A DNA stretch of 55,129 nucleotides, from the NCBI GenBank assembly GCA_964357925.1, contig CAYHMW010000005.1:1-55129 (forward strand), given 5' to 3'. Below the pieces are notes generated by a model. It had not been told where the DNA came from. It ran no database searches and worked only from the letters and a program-made list of their open reading frames with translations. Of the stretch, positions 47,672 to 55,129 are shown piece by piece. Each line of letters opens with the position of its first letter. The stretch's first letter is position 1. The stretch is from an uncultured Gammaproteobacteria bacterium. GTDB taxonomy: Bacteria > Patescibacteriota > Microgenomatia > UBA8517. A program made the translations under genes and the position numbers.

Positions 47672-49465
47672 ATGTCAAAAAATCAAAAAATTCTTCTCGC
47701 TTTAATAATTGGTGTAGCTGCTTTTCTGCGTATATATAAACTCTCAAGTGTCCCAGTTTCAATGTTCGGCGACGAACTCGATGTTGGATATCATGCCTAT
47801 TCATTACTAAAAACAGGCAAAGATTACTCAGGTAACTTTTTGCCTATACATCTTCACTCACTGGCTGAATGGCGAACACCACTTTACATCTATAGTGCAA
47901 TTCCGACAGTTGCCATATTTGGCATCACTCCACTTGGAGTCCGCCTCCCAGCAGCAATCTTCGGAATACTTAGTGTACTTGCCTTTTATCTCCTGGTTCG
48001 CGAAATTCGTACCCAATTTTTGAAAATTGCCAAGCGAAGCGAGGTCCGCCTATGGCGGAAAAATTTGCCTGATTGGAATCTGGAAGATTATGCAGCTATG
48101 CTCCTGGCCCTCTCTCCCTGGCATATCCAATATAGCCGTGCAGGATTCGAGGTCACCCAAATGCTACTCTTCTTACTTCTGGGAATATATTTTTTCTTCA
48201 GGAGCTTAAACGAAAAGGGCAGATACCTGTGGCTTTCAATGATTTGCTTTGCATTAATGCCTTGGATTTATAGCACCGCTAAACTCTTTACTCCATTTCT
48301 GCTTTTGTCGCTAGCACTTTTGTGGTTCAAGGAAATAATCCGTTTTCCCAAAGCAAATCTTATTTTGGGAATTGCAGCTCTTCTTGTAGTCGGCAGCCCA
48401 ATCGCATGGAGCACGCTTTATGGCGGCGGTACCGCTCGCTTCAACTACATTAGTGTTTTTAGCGATCCAACAATCGAGCCAGAAGTTGGAACAGCCCGTC
48501 TACACGACGCCAATTTTAGAGGAGAAACAACAGCAGGATTGCAGCCAACAGTTGTCGATAGGATGTTCCACAATAAAGTAGTATTTTGGTCAGGAAAAAT
48601 TGTTGGCAACTATTTTCAAACATTCTCTGGATCATTCCTTTTCAACGAGGGAGATCCAAATCCAAGACACTCAGTTGATGGGATCGGAGAATTTTATCGT
48701 ATTGAAGTTATACCATTCGTGGTTGGTCTCATTTACTTTTTCGGTAAATCAAATAACAAAAAACTAAAAGCCCTGTTATTGTTTTGGATACTGGCAGGTG
48801 CACTGCCGGCTGCAATAACGAGAGATGGTGGCAACCATGCAACTCGTTTAATCTTAATATTGCCTCCTCTTGTATTTCTCATAGCCTACGGCGTTATCTC
48901 ATTCCCAAAAAACATCTACCCAAAACTTCCTCCCTACATACTACATACTACGTACTACATGCTATTTATAGCAGGATTTATTTTCTATCAACACAACTTC
49001 TGGACACATAACCCTTGGCAATCAGAACGCTGGTGGCATACTGGCTGGGGCGAGGCAATTCACTCAGTTAAAGCGTATGAAAAGGACTATGAAACTGTTG
49101 CGATCTCATCGGCAGACGAACCGCCATGGATATTCTTTGCTGCACATTATCAATATGACCCGGCGGATTGGCATGTAAATTTTCCAATCGGCAACGATAT
49201 CGAAACTAAGACCTTTGGCAAAGTTTCACATATTGGCAAGTTTCTTTTCGGATCACCGTCAGGCGGTGTTTACGACTGGGGGAAGAGCCTCGACGCTAAA
49301 ACTCTCTATTTAGCATCAGCAAAAGAAGTAAATGTAAATCTTATTCGCGAACCAGAAAGGACTCCCAAAGATTTAAGATTAATTAAAAGCATAGCCTATC
49401 CCTCAGGTGAGCCTGCTTTCTATTTGTTCACAGGTAAGAGTTCCACTCCAAATGAACTCGAATAA
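47672..49465 (+). CDS. GT-C (ArnT/PMT-like) glycosyltransferase
   Basis: FGDELDVGYHAYSLLKTGKD, SPWHIQYSRAGFE, C-terminal IAYPSGEPAFY. Confidence 0.82.
   Translation: MSKNQKILLALIIGVAAFLRIYKLSSVPVSMFGDELDVGYHAYSLLKTGKDYSGNFLPIHLHSLAEWRTPLYIYSAIPTVAIFGITPLGVRLPAAIFGILSVLAFYLLVREIRTQFLKIAKRSEVRLWRKNLPDWNLEDYAAMLLALSPWHIQYSRAGFEVTQMLLFLLLGIYFFFRSLNEKGRYLWLSMICFALMPWIYSTAKLFTPFLLLSLALLWFKEIIRFPKANLILGIAALLVVGSPIAWSTLYGGGTARFNYISVFSDPTIEPEVGTARLHDANFRGETTAGLQPTVVDRMFHNKVVFWSGKIVGNYFQTFSGSFLFNEGDPNPRHSVDGIGEFYRIEVIPFVVGLIYFFGKSNNKKLKALLLFWILAGALPAAITRDGGNHATRLILILPPLVFLIAYGVISFPKNIYPKLPPYILHTTYYMLFIAGFIFYQHNFWTHNPWQSERWWHTGWGEAIHSVKAYEKDYETVAISSADEPPWIFFAAHYQYDPADWHVNFPIGNDIETKTFGKVSHIGKFLFGSPSGGVYDWGKSLDAKTLYLASAKEVNVNLIREPERTPKDLRLIKSIAYPSGEPAFYLFTGKSSTPNELE
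48020..48066. repeat. In-frame hairpin insertion
   Basis: GCGAAGC (48034-48040) and TCCGCC-TAT-GGCGGA (48045-48059) sit in a loop about 18 aa longer than in the paralogue at 52903. Confidence 0.55.
48934..48964. repeat. Heptamer tandem (CTACATA) inside a CDS
   Basis: CTACATA CTACATA CTACGTA CTACATG CTA, encoding YILHTTYYML. Confidence 0.75.
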
Positions 49466-49517
49466 AGGCCAATTTTTCATTTTACTGGTTTTATGTCCCT
49501 TATAATTGAGACATAAT

Positions 49518-50078
49518 ATGTTTTTATTGTTTCTTCTCCTAAGTCCATTTAACTGGAAGCTAATTGAGAACCCTCAAATTTTTGTTAGTGCATGGGCAAA
49601 CCTTGTCAGACACCCTTTTTACACCCTCCATTCCATGCTTCAGCTTTCAAATCTCCGCGTAAGTATAGAGTTAACACATGGGCAATGGAGCAGATTATTT
49701 TACAATAAGGGGACTGTTCTTCTTGGCAACTATTTCGATGTGCTTTCGAGCTTTTCACCCAAGCATTACTTTACACTGAACCACGCTGACAATTTTAGCG
49801 CCGTTGGTGTCGAACCAATACCAATCATATTTTTGCCTTTGGCCGTATTGGGATTAGTGATAATAACAAAAAAGAAAAATCTTCACTTTTTCTCAACAGT
49901 TTTTTTAATCTCAATAATTGTTTTTCTTTCGGGAAGAAAAGACTTCAGCTTCCTCATGTTTCCGGCGATTACTTACGTTTACTTAATTTCAATTGGTTAC
50001 AAAAACTTAAAACAAAAAAAAGCCTTCAAATTAATAGCTATTCCTTATCTCCTTTTTCTTTTAGCGCGCCATGTATAA
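49518..50078 (+). CDS. Half-size GT-C-derived membrane protein
   Basis: SRLFYNKG...NYFDVLSSFSPKHYF matches the GT-C central loop; no N-terminal DE loop. Start is uncertain (49506 or 49518). Confidence 0.5.
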   Translation: MFLLFLLLSPFNWKLIENPQIFVSAWANLVRHPFYTLHSMLQLSNLRVSIELTHGQWSRLFYNKGTVLLGNYFDVLSSFSPKHYFTLNHADNFSAVGVEPIPIIFLPLAVLGLVIITKKKNLHFFSTVFLISIIVFLSGRKDFSFLMFPAITYVYLISIGYKNLKQKKAFKLIAIPYLLFLLARHV

Positions 50079-51636
50079 ATTTGCCTTTATTGCTATCACG
50101 ACCCTTGCCATCTTTCTTAGAACAATTAATTTATCCGAAGTGCCAAAAAGTTTGTCGATGGACGAAGTCACATTTGGCTACGCCGCATTTTCTGTCCAAA
50201 AAACACTACACGATGAAACAGGAAATTTTTTGCCGCTCACTTTTCGGGGAATGGGGGATTATAAGCCACCAGTAGACGTCTACCTCAAAATTCCATTTAT
50301 ATTCTTTTTTGGCTTGAATGAAACATCGGTGAGGCTCCCCGGAGCCCTCCTTGGCGGGCTGAGCGTCCCACTATTAGTGTTGATACTCAGAAGACTTAAC
50401 TTTCAAAACAATCCCTCACTCTTTGGAGGTTTTTGGCTGGCAATTTCGCACTGGCATGTCATTTATTCTCGAGCGGGCTACGAAGCAGTCACAGCACTCT
50501 TCTTTTTGCTACTAGCCATTTACTCATTCCTTTCCTGGACAAAAAAACAGTCAACTTTAATGTTCGGCATTTCATTTGCCGCTTTTTCGCTGTCTGTCTG
50601 GAGCTATCACGCTGAACGTGTATATGTACCCTTATTTTTTGCCACTTTAATTTATTTTCACCCTTCCAATTTTAAGAAATTTATCCTAAAAACTCCAAAA
50701 CTAAAGCTTGGGATACTCGCAATCTTGTTTTTAACACTTTCCTTGCCTTTCATTTACTCAATAGCAAATGGCCATGAAGTTCTGAAGCGTGGCCAAGACT
50801 TACTTTTTGTAAAGGAAATCGAAAGAGAAAAAGACTTATATGTTTTACTACACCAATTTGCAAAGCAATACTTAGCCTATTTCGATCCGAAATTTGTTTT
50901 TTGGAGCGGTCTTGGTTTAACACCAATCGATTTACAAGATATAGGCATTCTCTATTTATCAGATCTGCCTATTCTTATATTCGGTGTCGTTTTTTTAATT
51001 AAGTCAAAAAATAAATACTTAAAATTAATAACACTCTTGCTCTTGCTTTTGGGACCATTACCCGGTGCTTTTACCAGAGGCCTTCCTAGCCCAGTGAGAA
51101 TTTTACTTTGGGTGCCACTATTTGGGATCGTAATGGCGGCAGGACTCCGCGCGTTATCAAAATCAAAGTACAAATTTATCTATCCAATTTCATTAACTTT
51201 AAACGTATTATATTTTCTTGATATTTACCTATATCAATTCCCTCGCTACAATGCCGATCTCTGGCATTACGGCTACAAAGAAGTCTCAGAGTATGTCTGT
51301 GCAAACCAAAGAAGCTACGACAAGATAATAATCACAGACAAATATGGCATTGAATTCCCTAAAATAAACACCATACCTCACTATTACATTCTATTTCATT
51401 GCAAAGTAGATCCGGCGCATTATCAAAAGAATCCAGAGCTAGAAGGAATTGAATTGCGCCAACCACAGTGGCTGGTAGATTCAAAGCTTGAGAACACACT
51501 GCTCGTCGGCTCACCTTGGGACTTCCCGGAGAGCTTCGATGAGCATAAAATTATGAGTAAGCTATACTTTCCAAATGGCAAACCAGCATTCTATTTTGTA
51601 GAAACAGGCAATGAAACAATTCAAAAAGCTCAATAA
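50071..51636 (+). CDS. GT-C (ArnT/PMT-like) glycosyltransferase
   Basis: SMDEVTFGYAAFS...DETG...GDYKPP, WHVIYSRAGYE, YFPNGKPAFY. Confidence 0.82.
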   Translation: MYKFAFIAITTLAIFLRTINLSEVPKSLSMDEVTFGYAAFSVQKTLHDETGNFLPLTFRGMGDYKPPVDVYLKIPFIFFFGLNETSVRLPGALLGGLSVPLLVLILRRLNFQNNPSLFGGFWLAISHWHVIYSRAGYEAVTALFFLLLAIYSFLSWTKKQSTLMFGISFAAFSLSVWSYHAERVYVPLFFATLIYFHPSNFKKFILKTPKLKLGILAILFLTLSLPFIYSIANGHEVLKRGQDLLFVKEIEREKDLYVLLHQFAKQYLAYFDPKFVFWSGLGLTPIDLQDIGILYLSDLPILIFGVVFLIKSKNKYLKLITLLLLLLGPLPGAFTRGLPSPVRILLWVPLFGIVMAAGLRALSKSKYKFIYPISLTLNVLYFLDIYLYQFPRYNADLWHYGYKEVSEYVCANQRSYDKIIITDKYGIEFPKINTIPHYYILFHCKVDPAHYQKNPELEGIELRQPQWLVDSKLENTLLVGSPWDFPESFDEHKIMSKLYFPNGKPAFYFVETGNETIQKAQ

Positions 51637-52903
51637 ATTCTGGCTACTTATTACTTTTGCAGTAATTGGCAGAATAATTCTTGCATTTATTGTCTGGCAC
51701 CCGGACGTCAGAAACCATATCGATTGGGGAATCAGATTTTATGATTACGGAGCATCTGAGTTTTATAGTAGTGATGCAAATGTTTGGAGCTTCACCTGGC
51801 CCAATCAACCTCCTGGATCAATTCTGATCTATGCTGGTATATACAAGCTTTTTCTGTTTTTATTCTCAATTCTTTGGTGGATAAACATAAAAATCCCAGT
51901 CTTTCCTTCGATTATTGTGACTGTAGCCGAAAGCAATTTATACCCTGCACTTCTAAAATTGCCCGCCGTTTTATCTGACCTTGGAATCGCATACTTAATC
52001 TACAAGATCTTATGTAATCCTGCACTGGATTTGGGGTCCAGAAAAGCTGCCAGGCTAGGAGCAGTCCTATTTCTGCTTAACCCTGCAATCTGGTACAACT
52101 CAGCTGTGTGGGGTCAAACCGATGCAATCGTTAATTTTTTCGGGCTACTCGCATTTTATTTTCTATTCAAAAACAAGCTAGCATTTGCGATAGCTGCCTT
52201 CACTGCGTCAATTTATATCAAAATATCGCTTCTAATATTCGCACCAATATTTTTCCTTCTGCTTTTGAAAAAGTATAGATTTAAAAATATACTCGTAAGT
52301 ACCCTCCCTTCGCTGTTCGCCATAATATCAATAACTTGGTTTTTCTCGCGGACTTCTGCTCAAAATCCAATTTCCTGGCTTTACTGGCTATATACAAATA
52401 AAGTTTTGACGGAGCAACTTCAAGTAATAACTGCAAACGCATTTAATATCTGGGCAGCACTCACGGGCATCCACGAACAACCACACACATTGCCATTTTT
52501 AGGTCTTACTTACCAGTATTGGGGTTATATTCTATTCACTTTGTTCTTTATTCCTATTATTTACTCACTATACAAAAAACAAGACGAAAAAACGGCAATA
52601 GTTGCTTTAACTCTCACTGCGTTTGCTTCGTGGAGTCTTTTGACTAATATGCACGAAAGATATCTCTATCCACTTTTCCCATACCTAACAATAATGGTTG
52701 CACTCGATTCAAAATTACTCCCAATCTACTGGTTGCTCTCAGGTATAAATCTACTTAACCTCTACAACTTTTGGTGGACTCCCCGCATCGAGCCATTAGT
52801 GAGACTGATGTCAGCAGGGGATCGCCTCGCCCCACGCATCCTTGGATTAATCAATTTTGCGATTTTCGTGAAGTTCTACAAAAAGCACGCTAGAATATAT
52901 TAA
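51611..52903 (+). CDS. GT-C (Alg6/GT87-like), paralogue of the gene at 45618
   Basis: HPD, NQPP, KLPAVLSD, LNPA, WGQTD, NAFNIW, MHERY. Confidence 0.75.
   Translation: MKQFKKLNKFWLLITFAVIGRIILAFIVWHPDVRNHIDWGIRFYDYGASEFYSSDANVWSFTWPNQPPGSILIYAGIYKLFLFLFSILWWINIKIPVFPSIIVTVAESNLYPALLKLPAVLSDLGIAYLIYKILCNPALDLGSRKAARLGAVLFLLNPAIWYNSAVWGQTDAIVNFFGLLAFYFLFKNKLAFAIAAFTASIYIKISLLIFAPIFFLLLLKKYRFKNILVSTLPSLFAIISITWFFSRTSAQNPISWLYWLYTNKVLTEQLQVITANAFNIWAALTGIHEQPHTLPFLGLTYQYWGYILFTLFFIPIIYSLYKKQDEKTAIVALTLTAFASWSLLTNMHERYLYPLFPYLTIMVALDSKLLPIYWLLSGINLLNLYNFWWTPRIEPLVRLMSAGDRLAPRILGLINFAIFVKFYKKHARIY
52013..52039. repeat. 27-bp palindromic element, degenerate copy 3, in frame
   Basis: TGTAATCCTGCACTGGATTTGGGGTCC (CNPALDLGS); 20/27 identical to copy 2. 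Confidence 0.6.
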
Positions 52904-54567
52904 TGCATAAAAGACTTCTTTTAGGGGTATTTGTCCTGGGGCTACTTTTGCGTACAATCGGGCTTACAAACCACCCCTCAGGCTTTACTCCCGACGAAGC
53001 CTCCTTTGGTTACGACGCATACTCAATATTAAAAACCGGGCGTGATCAATGGGGAAACTTCCTTCCTTTAAGCCTTAAATCATTCGGCGACTACAAGCTT
53101 CCACTCCTCACCTATTTAGCTATTCCAAGCGTCGCGGTCTTTGGGTTAAACGAGTTCTCAATTCGACTAACCAATGCACTTGTAGGATCAGGAGCAATCC
53201 TTACAACCTATTTCCTTGTACTTAAAGTTAGTAAAAACAATCAAAACCTTGCACTTCTCAGCGCATTCTTATTAAGTATTTCACCTTGGCATATCATGCT
53301 CAGCCGCGGTGCATTCGAGGCTAACCTAACAACACTCCTTTTGCCTTTAACGCTCCTTTTTTATAAAAAAGGACACCAAAACCCTAAATTTTATTTATTG
53401 TCATCGTTGTTTTTTGGTTTAAATTTGTTTTCTTACCACTCAGCACGTTTTGTAGCTCCATTAATTTTAGGAGTAATTGTAGTTTTCAGTCGCAAACAAG
53501 TTAAAGTCACGCCACATACAAAATTTGCGATCATGATTGCTATCCTGGCTCTTACTCTCACAGGTTACAGTTTTGTTGGAAGTGGAACTGGTAGGCTCGG
53601 GAGCTCAAGCATTACTAGCATTTCAGGTAACATCTTCAACGATCGTCTTCCGGCAATTTTATCTGGCGAGTCTGAAGTTATTGCAAAACTATTTAACAAC
53701 AAAGCAATTTTTCTCAAGGAGAGGTTCTTTGATAACTATCTACAATATTTCTCACTGAGATTTTACTTTACCCAAGGTCCAGCGGAGGGTACCTACGGCA
53801 TGCTGCCAGGAAGGGGAGTGCTTTATACTTTTGAGTTAATAACTCTCGCTGGTCTTGTTATAGGAATGGCTCGGGAAAAAATTAAAGATACAAACTGGCT
53901 GCTTGTTTGGTTACTGCTTGCGCCAATTCCAGCAGCACTTTCTGTTGGTCCAGGTTTTGCTGCAAATCGTGCTGCGATCATGATGCCCGCAATACAAATT
54001 GCCTCCGCCACCGGTGCCATTTTTCTATTTGACGCAATCAAACCAAGATTAAATACACTAAAAAAACAAAAACTTTTTTACGCTCTGTTAATCTTTGTAG
54101 TATTGTCACAATTCACTTTTTTTGTTGAGGATTACTGGTATCAACAACCGGGGCGCCAAAGTCGTGCAATGCTTGAAGGAAGAGAAGCCGCCCTTGCTTA
54201 TATTCAAGCACATGAAGGTGAATATGAGGAAATAATAATCGCACGGCGCTTGAGTGAACCCCAAATCTACGCCAGTTTTTATTTAAAGCTCGATCCAATT
54301 GTTGTCCAAAAGGCAAGCAGTGAGTGGAGTTTCGAAGACTTAGGTTTAACTTGGGTTGATCAGTTACCGGCTTACCATATTGGTAAATTTACCTTTAAGG
54401 ATTTCAATTGGGAAGCTGAGTCTCAAGTTTCAGGAAAGTTGTTAGTCGGGCCACCAGAAATGTTTCCGAATTATGTTCAAAAGAGCTATATAGCCAGATA
54501 TCCAGATGGCTCAGATAGCTTGTGGCTAGTCGAGACGTCAACCAATGCATTAGCAAACTTGCACTGA
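52903..54567 (+). CDS. GT-C (ArnT/PMT-like) glycosyltransferase
   Basis: TPDEASFGYDAYSILKTGRDQWG...GDYKLP, SPWHIMLSRGAFE. Confidence 0.82.
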   Translation: MHKRLLLGVFVLGLLLRTIGLTNHPSGFTPDEASFGYDAYSILKTGRDQWGNFLPLSLKSFGDYKLPLLTYLAIPSVAVFGLNEFSIRLTNALVGSGAILTTYFLVLKVSKNNQNLALLSAFLLSISPWHIMLSRGAFEANLTTLLLPLTLLFYKKGHQNPKFYLLSSLFFGLNLFSYHSARFVAPLILGVIVVFSRKQVKVTPHTKFAIMIAILALTLTGYSFVGSGTGRLGSSSITSISGNIFNDRLPAILSGESEVIAKLFNNKAIFLKERFFDNYLQYFSLRFYFTQGPAEGTYGMLPGRGVLYTFELITLAGLVIGMAREKIKDTNWLLVWLLLAPIPAALSVGPGFAANRAAIMMPAIQIASATGAIFLFDAIKPRLNTLKKQKLFYALLIFVVLSQFTFFVEDYWYQQPGRQSRAMLEGREAALAYIQAHEGEYEEIIIARRLSEPQIYASFYLKLDPIVVQKASSEWSFEDLGLTWVDQLPAYHIGKFTFKDFNWEAESQVSGKLLVGPPEMFPNYVQKSYIARYPDGSDSLWLVETSTNALANLH

Positions 54568-55129
54568 TGTCTTCAATTAAAAAACAATTACCAATTATTT
54601 GCATCATTGCGATCGGCGCTGTGGTACGGTTTTATGGAATTGCCAATATTCCTCCTTCTCTCAATTGGGACGAGATAAGTCACGGTTATAATGCATATTC
54701 AATATTACACTCAGGCAGAGATGAATGGGGTGAGTACATGCCAATAATTTTTAGAGCTTATGGTGATTACAAACTCCCAGTCTATATTTATCTAACTGCA
54801 ATTTCGGAATACTTTTTCGGCTTAACACCTTTTGCTATTCGGCTTCCCTCAATAATTGCCGGCCTCGTGACTATATTTTATAGTTACCGTTTAATTAAGC
54901 TAATATTTGGTGAGAAAGTTGCAACGCTTACCGCACTTCTTGTCGCAATAGAGCCTTGGAGCCTTTTCCTTTCTCGCGCAGCACTCGAAGGGAATCTCGC
55001 ACTCACATTTATAGTTTCAGGAATTTACTATTTATTTGAAGGTCTAAAAAGCCCTGCGAAACTCACACTCTCAATCCTGCTCCTGGGTGTATCAGTTTGG
55101 ACTTATAACTCCGCTAGAGTCTTTGTGCC
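54567..55129 (+). CDS. GT-C (ArnT/PMT-like) glycosyltransferase, 3'-truncated by the window
   Basis: TGATG overlap; my translation reads MSSIKKQ...NWDEISHGYNAYSILHSGRDEWG...GDYKLPVY; absent from the ORF track because it has no stop in the window. Confidence 0.82.
   Translation, partial: MSSIKKQLPIICIIAIGAVVRFYGIANIPPSLNWDEISHGYNAYSILHSGRDEWGEYMPIIFRAYGDYKLPVYIYLTAISEYFFGLTPFAIRLPSIIAGLVTIFYSYRLIKLIFGEKVATLTALLVAIEPWSLFLSRAALEGNLALTFIVSGIYYLFEGLKSPAKLTLSILLLGVSVWTYNSARVFV

Noticed and set aside
49452-49505. 17-codon ORF (MNSNKGQFFILLVLCPL*) in frame with the 49518 gene, suggesting readthrough or a nonsense mutation
   Set aside because: The stop is TAA inside a TATAAT box that could be the promoter of 49518. 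Adding 22 codons would not restore a full GT-C. It cannot be resolved without homologues.
236-54607. The many 60-125 aa ORFs nested in or antisense to long genes (e.g. 8213, 11152, 13498, 16206, 21359, 25327, 38362)
   Set aside because: They lie wholly or largely within well-supported CDSs and have no motifs or initiation signals, so they are shadow ORFs.
1-55129. CRISPR array, rRNA/tRNA, integrase, transposase, prophage, reverse transcriptase
   Set aside because: No regularly spaced repeats with unique spacers, no intergenic room or cloverleaf, and no ORF with the relevant catalytic motifs.
1-55129. Alternative genetic code (UGA = Gly, as in Gracilibacteria/Absconditabacteria)
   Set aside because: Genes are full-length under table 11, and TGA serves as a stop in ATGA/TGATG overlaps (16965, 18494, 54567).
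15023-55129. Calling the cluster a standard O-antigen/LPS or capsule locus
   Set aside because: No recognisable Wzz, Wza/Wzc, WaaL, nucleotide-sugar synthesis or lipid A genes in the window; GT-C paralogues dominate instead.

Overview
Bacterial chromosomal window. The dense, overlapping, mostly Shine-Dalgarno-less genes and the gene content suggest a Patescibacteria/CPR genome (Microgenomates-like); this is inference. TGA is used as a stop, so the code is table 11. About 40 kb (15.0-55.1 kb, running off the right edge) is one cell-surface glycosylation supercluster. Across the whole window I count 21 GT-C-type or GT-C-derived polytopic membrane glycosyltransferases (two half-size, two cut by the window edges), four GT2 polyprenyl-phosphate-sugar synthase-like enzymes, five other GT2s, a GT4, a Wzx flippase, two SAM methyltransferases and a YdjC deacetylase. 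The left part holds two GT-Cs, a clan GH-A-like hydrolase, a sortase with an adjacent LASTG-tagged substrate, trmD, a YknWXYZ/MacAB-like exporter and several orphans. The best non-obvious signals are: (i) a 27-bp palindromic element with a compensatory stem change inserted in frame in three unrelated genes, plus other in-frame hairpin and heptamer insertions; (ii) a GT2-YdjC-MTase-GT-C cassette resembling Francisella Flm/NaxD and Bordetella Lgm; (iii) two half-size GT-C-derived proteins, each coupled to a full GT-C; (iv) a 24-codon ORF repeating the permease C-terminus EAIRYE* with synonymous changes; and (v) widespread leaderless-type extended -10 promoters. No rRNA, tRNA, CRISPR array, integrase or transposase was seen. 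All functional calls come from motif reading, not database searches.
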